Below are positions 11,370 through 22,968 of a DNA stretch of 64,000 nt, piece after piece; the first letter of the stretch is position 1; every line of letters begins with the position of its first letter. A program made the translations under genes and the position numbers. Origin of the DNA: Plasmodiophora brassicae. Its lineage: Eukaryota. Location of the stretch: assembly GCA_036867785.1 (NCBI GenBank), contig CP145410.1, positions 1,860,001 to 1,924,000 on the forward strand, given 5' to 3'. A model generated the notes under the pieces. It saw only the letters and a program-made list of their open reading frames with translations, was not told the DNA's origin and searched no databases.

Positions 11370-12585
11370 ATGGCGGCGGATGATCGCCAGACGGTCGTAT
11401 TTGGGCCGTTCACCGATGCCGAGATCAAGGAGGCGTTCACGACGTTCGACCTGGACGCGAACTCCTTCATCAGTTCGTACGTCGAAGGTCGGGACGACGG
11501 CGATGACTGACACTGGACCAGGTGCCGCCGAGCTGCGTCATGTGTTCACATCCATGGGTGAAATGGTCACCGACGAGGAGGTCGACGAGATGATCAAAAT
11601 GTACGTTCCGTCGCCGGTTCGATATCGCTGGGCCCCGTTCTGACCCCTACGGGGCAGGTGTGACGACGACGGTACGCTGGCCCTGGGCCTTGCTGAACAG
11701 GGCTGACCACGCCGCAGGAGATGGGCAGATCGCCTATGAGGAGTTCACGCGCATGATCCTGGAGCACACGACGCGCCCAAAGATCCAGGCGGCGAAGATG
11801 CTGCGCCCGTCCGAGGTGGCCGGCAAGGACGACATCCCGACCGCAATGCCCGTTGCTGTCCCGATCAACGTCACCGACGAGGACGCCAGGAAACAGACCG
11901 GCAACGTCCCCGTGGTGGCCGCCGTCCGCGTCCAGACCGCCGCGTCCGCATTCGGTGCCCTCGTCAGCGACAAGGGCGACCTCCAGGAGCTCATCTCGAT
12001 TGTGTCGCAAGTGGTCGCCGAGTTCGACGTCCATGGCGAATCCCTGGGCGACCTGCAGCGCCGGTTCAACGGCGAACGCAAGCGGAAGTCTGGCGGCATG
12101 GAGTACGACGAGGTCTGTCATTTCCTCGGGAAGCCGCCCGGCGACGCCACTAGGAAGTTCTTCAACCTGTTCAGCTCGATGGAGGACGGGCGCGCCGACA
12201 TGCGCGAGATGATCGCGGCGATGGCGTCGATCAGCCATCGCGACACGACCGACAAGGTCCGGTTCGTCTTTGACCTGTACGACACGGACCACGACGGGCA
12301 CCTGCAACGCGACGAGCTGATGAGCCTACTGAAGGCGACGAGCTTCGGGAAGAATCCAGCGGACCTGGGCAAGAAGGCGGACGCGATCCTTGCGGAATGC
12401 GACGAGCAGGACTCGGAGGCGATCACCCTCGGTACGGTACACTGCGACGTGATCGTGTCGCTCGGCTAACCGGTGGGGGCGCAGAGCAACTCGGCAAGGT
12501 CGCCGCGGACCACCCGAAGCACGTGTTCCCCGTGTACCACATGATGGCGACCTTGAACAGCGGTGGCCCTTCGCCACAGCAGTAA
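11370..12585 (+). CDS. Multi-EF-hand Ca2+-binding protein (calmodulin-like N-lobe plus calcineurin B/NCS-like C-part), multi-exon
   Basis: EIKEAFTTFDLDANSFI..AELRHVFTSMGEMVTDEEVDEMIKM..DGQIAYEEF and KVRFVFDLYDTDHDGHLQRDEL. Confidence 0.9.
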
Positions 12586-12743
12586 GGGAGGAGGGTGCAG
12601 GGGGCGATACAGCACGTACAGATACCGATCGACTGGGCACACCGTTACCACACAAGGAACGCGCCACACCCGTCAGAGTACCGCACTGGAGGGCGTGCCC
12701 ATAGTGCTATTGGGTCGCCTGTCGGAGGGTGCTCGCGAGGCTG

Positions 12744-13226
12744 ATGGGTCTGGTCTCGTGGGCGCGCCAGCAACACCCGGTCCTGCTGGGGGCCGCCAGG
12801 CAAGGACGCGTGATGCGGCAGGCGGTGGCGATCGTGGGCGACGTCGTGTCGCAGGTGGTGCCCAGCTGGTTCTCAATGGAGCGGATCGACCGACCAGTGT
12901 CGGGCCTGATCGTTGTCGCCGCCGGCCTCGTCGGCGTGCAGGGCAGAGCGACGACCCGCGCGGCGGTCCCGGTCAAGGCGAGCGTTGGCGAACCTGCGAC
13001 CCGGGTCGGCGTGGACCAGGCGGCCACCACCGCGCGCGACACGTCGCCGGAGCCGGAGGAGGACCAGGCCATCATCGACGCGTACCTGGCCGACCTGGTC
13101 CCGTTCGTCCGCGCGAAGGGCGCCATGCACGCCACGATCGAGCACATGCTGCTGAAGACGCGCCTGGCCCGGATGGGCGCGCCCGCGTTCAGCCACTGGC
13201 AGGCGCTGGCGCGCCTCCAGCAGTGA
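12744..13226 (+). CDS. Hypothetical protein
   Basis: ORF conserved with the paralogue at 8249-8713. Confidence 0.6.
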   Translation: MGLVSWARQQHPVLLGAARQGRVMRQAVAIVGDVVSQVVPSWFSMERIDRPVSGLIVVAAGLVGVQGRATTRAAVPVKASVGEPATRVGVDQAATTARDTSPEPEEDQAIIDAYLADLVPFVRAKGAMHATIEHMLLKTRLARMGAPAFSHWQALARLQQ

Positions 13227-13347
13227 CGACGCTGTGGCGAACCCTCGTCTGACAATACAGCCTGGCTTGCTGTTGTCGACGTCGAGGTCCCCCGGCCCTC
13301 CTGACAAATATCTGATCGGTCGATTCGGCGTCGTGGCGCGCCGACAC

Positions 13348-14844
13348 ATGGCGTTCCTCGTGCGCCTGGCGAAACGCCATGGCGCCGAGTCCCGGCGAAT
13401 GACGTTCGAGTTGTACGTCGCGTCCGTCGACGTGGCCGGCGCCGGCCCGATCGTCATCGAGTGGGTCCGCGGGTCGTCGGCCAAGGCGTCGACGGGGCCG
13501 ATCGAGCGGCCGGCGAACGGCGCCAGCGTCCCCGTCGGGCGCACGCTGGCGCTCAGGGCCACCATGTTCGCCGCGTCGTCGCTGGGCGCGTACCAGACGA
13601 AACCCAGCCGCGTGCTGATCCGCCAGCAGGCCGACGGCCGGACGATCGGCGAGGTCGCCCTGGACCTGTCGCAGTACGTCGCCGAGCACGACGATCAGGC
13701 GGCGCTGCTCACGCTGCCGCTCCAGAAGTGCAAGGACGCGGGCGCCCTGATCCGTTTCCAGATCGCAACGCGCGTCGCCGAGTAGGGTCCGCATGGTGTG
13801 AAGGCGCCCCTGGCTGACGTCGTGCGCAGGGACGAGGGAGGCAAATCGCAAACGGACGCCCCGTCGCTGACCGTCGCGTCCGACGCCGACCCGCTGTCGT
13901 CCCACGTCGAGCAGACGGAGGCAGCCGACACACCTGACGAGCACAAGGGCGGCGACGACGACGCACAGGCGGTCGCGTTGCTGGCGCTGCAGGTGGAGCG
14001 GCTGAGGAAGGAGGCGCAGGAGAGCGACGCCGACGCGCAGCGGCTTCGCGGCGAGGTGCAGCGGGCGACGCAGGCGCTGGCGACGACAGAGGAGGACAAC
14101 CTGCGCATGAAGCGCGAGCTGTTGCAGAGCGTGCACCGGCAGCGGGACGCGCGCGTCCACGACCAGCTCGCCGACGTGCGGGCCGACCGCGAACGCCTGC
14201 TGGCCGAGTGCGACGCCCTGCGCGCCGAACGCGCCGCCCTGCCCCGGCCGCTCGCCGACCTGCGCGCCTTCTTCGAGTCGCCGGCGCCGACGGCGACCTG
14301 CGACGTGGCCGACCTGTTCGCCAGGCACGACCTGGCCGGGCACGCGATCGTCGGCGACCTGCGCGCCATGGTCGACGGGCACAGGCGCGTGCAGGAGGCG
14401 TTGTACGACGCGCGCGCCACGATAACGAGGATGACGGCGCAGGAGGCGCAGATCGTGTCGACGTGGAGGTCGTTGGCGGGCAGGACCGTCGCCATCGACC
14501 TGGACGGCAACGTGCACGACGTCGACGCGGGCGCCGGCACGATCGGGGCGCACCTGGCCGCCGACCAGGACATCGCCAGGGCGAAGGCGTCGTTCGACGC
14601 GAGCCTGGCCGTGCTGCGCAACGAGGTCGCCGAGCTGCGGGCGGCGCTGGACGCCGAGAAGGCCAGGGCCCGCTATGCGGCGGGCGCGTCGAAGGATTCG
14701 TACCTGCTCGAGGAGCAGCTGCTCGAGGCGAAGGTCCAGCTGGCGAACGCGGTCGACGCGCTGAACTCGCTCGAGTACGAGCATCAGCAGGCGGTGGCGA
14801 CGACGTCCCGGGATCCATACTGGAGCGGCATCAACATATTGTAG
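13348..14844 (+). CDS. NT-C2 (EEIG1/EHBP1-type) domain protein with coiled coil, one intron ~13782-13829
   Basis: IVIEWVRG..TLALRATMF..TIGEVALDLSQYV..LPLQKCKD fits NT-C2, followed by a long heptad-rich region. Confidence 0.8.
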
Positions 14845-14885
14845 TACAGGCCCGGTGGCCAGCTGATGACAGCAACGACACGCGG

Positions 14886-15414
14886 TCACGCGGACGGTCT
14901 GGAGAAGAACGAGCTGATGAAGGTCTGCGTTCGGCCAGGGCGTTTGTCCAGGTCGATCAGCGTCAGGTGCGACTCGACGCGCATCACCGACAGCTTGCAG
15001 ATCGACAACGACGGGTCGATTGCACCTGTGGGGACATCGTCAGCGGCGGAGGGTCACCGCGCGCCGCCCACCCGAACTGGACCAGACCGTCGAAAACATC
15101 GTCCTGGATGGACGTACTGCCGGCCGTGACGAGGAGATAGAGCCGCTTCCTGACCCGGTACTCTCGACACGAACGCCTACCCGCCAAGAACTGAATCGCC
15201 ATCCCCATGGGCAACACACGCAGCGCGCCTCGTACGCATGCATCGGCCTGAACCCGAACAACACCACGCCTTCATCGTCGTACGCCTGCGCCACCTGCTG
15301 CTGGTCGGCGTACAGCACGGCGCCAACGGGAACGGCGTGCTGCGGCATGTCATGAACCATCGACACGGTCGTCGTCGTCGTCGCCGTCGACCATCGCCCC
15401 CGTTTCCTCGTCAT
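14886..15414 (-). CDS. Small hypothetical protein, exon structure uncertain
   Basis: Coding-like first exon (MTRKRGRW..DDEGVVLFGFRPM) and last exon (AIDPSLSICKLSVMRVESHLTLIDLDKRPGRTQTFISSFFSRPSA-stop). Confidence 0.4.
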
Positions 15415-15511
15415 CGATGGCAGACGGGGGCGTCGCCTTCGCCCGCAACTGCGGCGCCGCGACGGGCGGCGGACTCCGCGACTGCAGCCTCGCACCGTTT
15501 CCCTGAACGTC

Positions 15512-16705
15512 ATGCACGCCGTGCGACGTGCCGCGCGCCGCGCCGCGTCGACCAGCGCCGGCGGCAACAACAGCAGCAGCAGCAAGAAAGCGAAGAAGGC
15601 GGCGTGGAGCGCGAATGAAAAGATCGGCGCTGCCATCGACGCCATGCGACGGCAGGCGGCGCAGGCCGCCGAGTCGAACGCGACGCTGAAGGAGGCGGCG
15701 TCGACGGCGTCGACCGTGAAGTCGAAGGTCGCGTCGTGCTGGTCGTCCGTGATGGAGCGGGTCGCTCCGGCCCGGGACGCGGTCGCCAGCGCCACGAAAC
15801 CGGCGCGGGAGGCGATGCGCTTCGACCAGTGGTCACAAACGCTTCGCGAGCTGACCGGCGACCTGTTCGGGTCCGAGGCGAAGACGCGCCCGTACTCGCG
15901 ACGCGCCAAGATGGAGGCGATGGAGAAGCAGCGGGAACAGTCGGGCGACGTTGAGGCACCTGCTGCCGGTCCCGTGTCCGATTCGCGGGAGGTGGTCCTG
16001 GTGCGGACCCGTCAGGGCGAATGGGCCGACAAGTGGGACACGTTCAAGCGGCGCGTCGAGGGCACCGACCTGTACAGGTCGGTGGCGAACTCGACGCTGG
16101 CCAAGTCGGTGGGGGACGCGCACGCCCAGTTCCAGGACCGGGTCGAGGACCTGCGCGACATGTACGACACGACGCAGAACCCGGTGATCAGCACGCTGAG
16201 GGACGGCGCCGACGAGCTGCTGGGCGAGACGGACTCGGGCGCCGCCCTGGCCGCCATCCGGCGCCTGGACCCCGACTTCTCCCTGATCGCGTTCATGGAG
16301 GAGATGGAGCACTACATGGTGCCGCGCGTTGTCAAGGCGTACCTGAAAGGCGACCTGGACACGTTGCAGCTGGCCTGCGCTGGCGACGCCATGGCGTTCA
16401 TGAACGCGTCGATGCGCCAGCGGATGGCGCAAGGCGTCTACTTTGACGAACGCATCTTGGACGTGTCGCACATCACGTTCCACGACGCCAAGCTCGTCGA
16501 GGGCAACGACGCCGTCCTCGTCGTCACGTTCATGTGCCAGCATGTACACTGCATCCGCTCGGCGGACGGCACCATCGTCGAAGGGTCGGAACACGACATC
16601 CGCTCGACGTACTACTCCTGGGCCGTCGTCCGCGACATGGACAACGACGAGTTCAACTGGAGGATCCTGGACATATCCATAACGGGCATCCGCGCCCTGA
16701 TCTAA
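15512..16705 (+). CDS. TIM44: Mitochondrial import inner membrane translocase subunit Tim44
   Basis: Arg/Ala/Ser-rich presequence; YDTTQNPVI, ETDSGAALAAIRRLDPDFSL..YLKGDLDTL..VVTFMCQHVHCIRSADGTIVEGSEHDI. Confidence 0.93.
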   Translation: MHAVRRAARRAASTSAGGNNSSSSKKAKKAAWSANEKIGAAIDAMRRQAAQAAESNATLKEAASTASTVKSKVASCWSSVMERVAPARDAVASATKPAREAMRFDQWSQTLRELTGDLFGSEAKTRPYSRRAKMEAMEKQREQSGDVEAPAAGPVSDSREVVLVRTRQGEWADKWDTFKRRVEGTDLYRSVANSTLAKSVGDAHAQFQDRVEDLRDMYDTTQNPVISTLRDGADELLGETDSGAALAAIRRLDPDFSLIAFMEEMEHYMVPRVVKAYLKGDLDTLQLACAGDAMAFMNASMRQRMAQGVYFDERILDVSHITFHDAKLVEGNDAVLVVTFMCQHVHCIRSADGTIVEGSEHDIRSTYYSWAVVRDMDNDEFNWRILDISITGIRALI

Positions 16706-16969
16706 ACACGTTCCGGTGCCGTTAATCACAATACATGCGACAGTAGCAGGGGGCATGCGGCGCGAGCTCGACCGCATGATTAGCATGGGAGGTTGCCGTT
16801 TGCATCTGGGCGGACGCCGTCTCTGCTCTGCGTCGGGCAACGGTATGGACAAATGTCGCGATCAACAAGAAATTCCGCTCAGTTTATGAGGGCCATGAAT
16901 CGGCAATGTATGGTGATGATCGGGGCTGGATGGGGTCCCGTGCCCCAGGACGTGGTGGTGGCGTCGTGT

Positions 16970-18178
16970 TCAATGAGCCAAGGTTCGCCGCAGAGGTTCA
17001 CGAGCGTTTCGGTTGGCTCGGCGAGCGCCGGCCCGAAACAGTCGACGGTACCAGGAGCCCCATACGCTCGCCTGTCTTGCGGCATTCGCCATAGCACCAT
17101 CGGCCAGTTCCTTGAATTTCTTGAAGACGTCTGCGTCTACGTCCGTCAGCCGCGCAGGCCCACCAGCCGCTTGCTTATCGGGATGGTACCGTAGAAGCAC
17201 TTGGCGCCGATACGTTTTGACCTCTGCGACCGTGGACAGCGCAGTCAGCTTCGGCGTGTCCCGGTTCCTCGGTTCGAAGAGGTTCAGGAACCGGTACTCC
17301 TCGTTCCGATCTGTCAGCTTTGCGAGCCACTTATTGACGGCGTCCTTGTTCTTCTTGGCAACCTCGGCCAGATCCTGCAGCGACGTCGCGACGTCGCATT
17401 CCTTCACGTCGATCAACTCACGAACCAATTTGATGGAGTGCTCGTACAGGTCTCGCTTGGTTTGTGAGGTTTGTGACAAAGCCAGCAAACAGTAGGACCC
17501 TTGCAAATGTGCTTTGCAGGACATCAGTGCCTCAAGCGAGGGGTCATTGGTCAGTTCGGGAGTGCAGCCGAACTTGTTCAGCAACACATGGGTCCGACCC
17601 TGATTCTTGAGAGCATCTATCCAACCCTCGTGGTACGACGCCGGGAAGGAGTCGATGATGTCGGCGAGTTTGTCGACGCTGTCCGCATGCTCGAACGCTG
17701 AATATAGTTTCTCGAATGCCATCGACTTCGGCAGCACGAGCTGACGTAGAAAGTAGGCCGCCGAAGTGGAGGAGAGTCCCGCCAGCAGTCCCACTAGCCG
17801 AGATCGCGTCTTAGTCTTCACCCGATTGTACAGAAGGTAGCCACCAGCCCGAATCGCTGCCGACGATAACACGCCTGCCTTGGATCCCGACTGCATAGTA
17901 TGCCTAACGCAATCCCAAACAACACGTGGATGGAGAGGGTAGCCTTTCAGGTACAGCATTAAGAGGCTGTACGCCATTCGTGACCCGCGATCGGAGAGAG
18001 CACCGTCTGTGAACCAGAACGCGAGAGCAAGCAGGGACGGGCGACCTGCGGGAGGCACGGCGGTCGTCATCTTCAACGCGGAGCTGCCCCTCTCCAGCGG
18101 GCGCTCTCCCAACACGCCGACGCTGACAGAAGCGACAGCAACGACGGCGAACAGACATGCAAACCGGGACGAAACCAT
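16970..18178 (-). CDS. Signal-peptide protein with C-terminal J-domain-like segment
   Basis: MVSSRFACLFAVVAVASVSVG signal; AEVKTYRRQVLLRYHPDK..VFKKFKEL near the C-terminus; single long ORF. Confidence 0.7.
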   Translation of the reverse strand: MVSSRFACLFAVVAVASVSVGVLGERPLERGSSALKMTTAVPPAGRPSLLALAFWFTDGALSDRGSRMAYSLLMLYLKGYPLHPRVVWDCVRHTMQSGSKAGVLSSAAIRAGGYLLYNRVKTKTRSRLVGLLAGLSSTSAAYFLRQLVLPKSMAFEKLYSAFEHADSVDKLADIIDSFPASYHEGWIDALKNQGRTHVLLNKFGCTPELTNDPSLEALMSCKAHLQGSYCLLALSQTSQTKRDLYEHSIKLVRELIDVKECDVATSLQDLAEVAKKNKDAVNKWLAKLTDRNEEYRFLNLFEPRNRDTPKLTALSTVAEVKTYRRQVLLRYHPDKQAAGGPARLTDVDADVFKKFKELADGAMANAARQASVWGSWYRRLFRAGARRANRNAREPLRRTLAH

Positions 18179-18270
18179 GCTGCGACCGCTTGATCGATAA
18201 CGCTCCAGTTCGGGAATGACACCGACGTACGACATCCAATAATGGCCCTGTCATAACTCCGAGGTCAACT

Positions 18271-18704
18271 TTTATGACGTCATGACGTCATAAAGGCGTC
18301 ATAGGCGTCATAAGGCGTCATAGGCGTCATAAGGCGTCATAGGCGTCATAAGGCGACATAGGCGTCATAGGCGTCATAGGCGTCATAAGGCGTCATAAGG
18401 CGTCACAGGCGTCATAAGGCGTCATAAGGCGTCATAGGCGTCATAGGCGTCATAAGGCGTCATAAGGCGTCATAAGGCGTCATAAGGCGTCATAGGCGTC
18501 ATAAGGCGTCATAGGCGTCATAAGGCGTCATAGGCGTCATAAGGCGACATAGGCGTCATAGGCGTCATAGGCGTCATAAGGCGTCATAAGGCGTCATAGG
18601 CGTCATAAGGCGTCATAAGGCGTCATAGGCGTCATAGGCGTCATAAGGCGTCATAAGGCGTCATAGGCGTCATAAGGCGTCATAGGCGTCATAAGGCGTC
18701 ATAA
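18271..18704. repeat. Minisatellite of GGCGTCATA/GGCGTCATAA units (~43 copies) with higher-order structure, preceded by a 24-bp palindrome
   Basis: Direct reading. Variant GGCGACATA recurs at 18352 and 18543. TTTATGACGTCATGACGTCATAAA at 18271-18294. Confidence 0.98.
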
Positions 18705-19246
18705 CCACAAAACATATATGGCAAAGAAGACATGTTGCTGTATTTCTTGACAAAGAAGGTAGTACATCAATCATTTGTCATCTTGCTCACTGTCCAAATT
18801 TGGTAGAGCAACATCTGCCGACGTCACCGTCACTGGCGCCGTGTGTCCCTGCGAATCAGTGCAATGCGGCGTAAACAGGCGCGCCTGCAGGTGTCGTTAA
18901 TTCATTCCATCTCGGACTGCAGGTTTGACGTTAGACTGCTGGGGTTGCCTCAGATGGCAGCTGGTATCGTCTCAGGCGGGCGTTATCGTTTCAGATTGCC
19001 GTCCATCACAGGCTTGTACGGGATATCGTCTCTCAGTACGTCTCGCCTGCCGCCGTCAAGCGATTACTGGCCCGATCAAATGCGAACAAGTTCGCGCCTG
19101 CTCTGCAAACGTCGACCTACGTACCTACGTTTGTCGGGAGCATGGTACAGATCTCTTGAGCCCGCGCAGCAGGTGACCTTCGCGTCATCGCTTAGTCCTG
19201 CCCAGTACAGTACGCAAGGTCGACCCGTAATAGCACAGAATCAGGT

Positions 19247-20857
19247 ATGACGCGGGTGGCAGCGTTGACACTCACCCTCAATGTGGCCGCGTTCTTCGTG
19301 GCCCTCTTCAGCGTCGGCGCCGGCCTGCATGTTCTATCGCCGAATGGCACAGCCGTGGCGTCATTCGCCACGAATCGGTTTCAGTTCGCCAGCAATGCAT
19401 TTGACGTCACCGGGCCGGTGTACGTCGTGACGACCCAGGAAATGGCGCTCGAAACGCTGTCGGACGCGGCGGCCGGTCGTATCGTCGTTCTGCTGGACCC
19501 GGTCACAGCGCACCTCCAGCAATGGGCGGACCTGTGCGAACGCAGGTCCTGCCTGGCCCTGATCCGGGCCGGGGGAGTCGGCTTTAACGATGGGTACTCC
19601 GGATGGGCGTTCTGGGTCCACAGTCGGCCGTTCACGAGCCTGCCCATGGTCGACATGAACATTTTCGCCGGCGTCGCCATGCTCAAGGTCATGCAGGCAG
19701 CGAACACGACGACAATCCGCATTGGATCCGGCCCCGACCTGGACGCGGTGAACCCGTTCGCCGTCAATGTCGCATTCGATCCCTTTTCTGTCGCCGTACA
19801 GAACACGGCCTTCTTCATCGCGGCTCTCAACTTCCTGCTCGCCCTCAAACGTCTGGCGTCGTTCGTCCTGGACCAGAACGGGAAGCTTCGGGCCCCGCCG
19901 CGATGGTAACGACGTCCTTGTCCAGGGACCGCCGCCCCTTCCAGAGACTGATATCCCTGTAGGCCGGCGGGCGTCATCGTCGCCGAGCTCTATAGCTCGC
20001 TGGTGCGGATGATCTACTTCGCGAGCGGCGCGTTTACCCGGTTCCAGGGCATATCGGCGTACGCGTCGCGGTTCGGGTCCACAGCGTACCTGCCCTTCAC
20101 GTACCTGTCGTCGGCGCTGGTCGGGTTCGCGATGCACGACACGCTGCACGCGGGGATGGTACTCTCCCGGACGCACAGAATCGTCCTGGGCGTCGTCCAG
20201 GCGTTCGTCTTCCTGATCGTCGCTGCCGACCAGCTGGCGACGGTGGTGGCGACGGCGACGTTGAAGGACTTCCTGAACACGTCCATATTCTCAGTCATGT
20301 ACCTCTGCATGGACCTGCCGATGGCGCTCGGGTTCATCAAATACGGCCTCGCCGTGTCCAAGCAATTGCTGAAGACGCGATCGCTGACGGGCGCCGAGCA
20401 GCACCGCCGCCAGGTCTTCGCCAACCGCGTCAAGCTCAGCGGGATCGTCGGGTGGGGTCCTCCGTGTCGCGACGTGTCGTCGCAGGTACCTGACATGAAC
20501 GCGCCCGTTAGGCTCGTGACGTTGACCAGTCAGCTGGCCTTCGCGTTGTGGTTCAGCGTGTCCGGCTGGGCCTATATGAACCTGTACGCGCTGTGCTCGA
20601 TATTCTACGCCGTCCAGGGGATCCTGCACCTGTCCGCGTTCAAGCCCAAGCCGTCGATCGTCGACAAGTACGTCGGATTCAGTACCGTGCGCACCGAGAC
20701 GAAGGCGTCGAAATCGGAGAGGAACCCGTTTGCGGGGACGCCCTCTTCGCCCCAGGTCGTGCGCATGTCCTCGCTCCAACCAACGCACCAGCCCGCCACC
20801 CAGACACCTGCCCAGGCAGACGTCGTGGAAGCCGGGGCCGTTTCTTCTGCACTGTGA
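19247..20857 (+). CDS. Signal peptide, PA-like ectodomain and ~7 TM helices (GPCR-like)
   Basis: Hydrophobic N-terminus; AAGRIVVLL..CERRSCLALI..LPMVDM; multiple hydrophobic segments; LHLSAFKPKP then an S/P/T-rich tail. Paralogue at 56794-58284. Confidence 0.7.
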
Positions 20858-21130
20858 GTGCAATTGCCAGGGCCTCACCAACGAAACCCGCTGCAATGCC
20901 CCATGGTTGGTTTCGTCAATAAACGACACGGTTGGGACGGCGACCAACGATGGACCCCCTCCAGGTCGCGTTCTCCTGGCACACGAACAACGACGCCAGG
21001 AAGCCCAGCACGAACATGACGCGCAGCCCTCGTTGTCGACGGGCTGGGCAGGTACGACGCCACGAGCCTCGAATGGGTACATTTGTATAATACGGGGGGA
21101 TGGTGGGTGGCGGCGATGCGACGACAACGC

Positions 21131-22968
21131 TCACTTCAGGAGCTTCTTGATGACCGACTTCACGTTCATGCGCCTCATGTCGGCGTAGTCCTGGCCGCAC
21201 CCGACGAACATGATCGGGATGCCGGCCGTGTACGTCATGCTGATGGCGGCGCCGACCTTGTCGTCGATCGTGTCGAACTTGGTCAGCACGATGCCGTCGA
21301 TCAGGCGCGGCGTGTCCTCGGTGGACAGGTCGCTCAGCGCCAGGTTGAACTTGGTCAGCTGGTCGACGCCGTCGTTGCCGACCAGGGCCTCGCCGACGAA
21401 CAGCACCAGGTCGGGGCGGTTCTGGATGATCAGCTTCGACAGCGCCCGCATCAGCGGCTCGTTGTCCTGCATGCGCCCGGCCGTGTCGACCAGGACGACG
21501 TTGTTCTTCGCACGGCGGGCCGCCTCGATCCCCTCGGACGCCACGCCGGCCGGGTCCCGGTTGTACCCGCGCTGGAACAGCTCGACGCCCAGCGCGTTCG
21601 CGTGCGTCTTCAGCTGCTCGACGGCGCCGGCCCTGCCACCCCACACACGTTAAACCGACGACGGCGACTCGCGGTCGTTGGGCGGGGCGCGCGCGCTGAC
21701 CTGAACGTGTCGCAGGCGACGAGGCTGACCGTCAGCTGCTTGGACAGCAGGTAGTAGCAGATCTTGGCCAGCGACGTCGACTTGCCGACGCCGTTGACGC
21801 CGACGAAGACGACCGAGTACGGGCGGCCCTCCTGCTCGTTCACCGTCCTGATCTTGCGCAGCAGGTCGCCGTCGTCGTGCGACTTGGACAGGACGCGGGT
21901 CAGCGTCTCCTCGATGGCCGCCCGCACGGCCGACCCGATCTGCAGCGACGACAGCGTCCTGCCGACCAGCGACGCGCTGACCGACCCGCAGATGTCGTCG
22001 GCGATGTCGGCCGCCACGTTCTTCGTCATCAGGTTCGTCCGCACCTTGTCCAGGGCGGGCGCCAGGTCGTCCGCCTCGAGGCGCTTCCCGATCAGGCCCT
22101 GGAAGTACCCGAACACGGACGACCGCGTCGTCCCGTCGACGTCGTCCTCCACGTCGCTCGTGTCGTACCCGGAGTCGTCGTCCGCCGCCCCCGCCGACGG
22201 TATCGAGACGCGCCCGACGACGGCGTCGTCGTCGTCCGGGCGCGCCTGCCCATGATCGAGCGCGGTCGCCGGCGCGTCCGACGGCGCCGTCTTCAACGTC
22301 GCGTTGTTCCAGTTGCGTTTCGCGGCCGGCTTCTTCGGTTTCGTCGTCTCCGCAGCGGTGGCGCCCGCCTTCCTCGTCGACCCCGACGGGGCGGCGGCGC
22401 CCCGGCCACGACGACCGGCAACGCCACGCGCCTTCAGCTTGTCCAGCGCGCTCATGGGGCCATCGTCGGCCGCTGTACGAGGTGCGGCGTCGTCGCCTGC
22501 GGCCGCCGGTTCGTCCAGCAGCAGGTCCGGTTCGGGTCGGGCAGCGGTGTCGGCGGGCGGTTGGGGCGCTGCCGCCGGTTTCTTCGCGACGTTGCTCCCG
22601 GACTGTTCGTGCTTCTGCAGGATGCGATCGTACGGCGCGTCAAAGTCGGCAAACGTCGACACGGGAGCGGAGTCGAGTTGCACGCCGGCGAAACGCTCCA
22701 GGAACGCGGAGCGCAGCCGGTCGAGGAACGCGTCGACGTAGTGCAGGGTGATCTGGTTGAGGTAGGCGGCCACGAAGACGACGCCGGCCGTGTTCGACCG
22801 CGCCCATTTCAGGGCGTACTGCCCGCGGGAGTACGTCGCCTGGCCCGCATGGTCGGACAGGAGCACGTCCTGCACGAACTGCCTCGCGACGGCGTCCGCC
22901 TCGCTGGACAGGCGCCGGGACCACAGGACGACGCCCGACGTCGAGAAGATCAGCACCAGATCCAACAT
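21131..22968 (-). CDS. SRPRA: Signal recognition particle receptor alpha subunit, one intron ~21633-21699
   Basis: SRX N-terminus [67 protein letters not shown]. Confidence 0.97.

Noticed and set aside
13189-14889. Long antisense ORFs (566 aa here; similar ones at 21877-23292, 31176-32510, 15833-16852)
   Set aside because: Shadows of GC3-rich coding sequence on the opposite strand, with no domain signal.
18295-18704. CRISPR array or telomeric repeat
   Set aside because: No unique spacers, no cas genes and a eukaryotic context. The unit is not a G-rich telomere motif and the array is internal.
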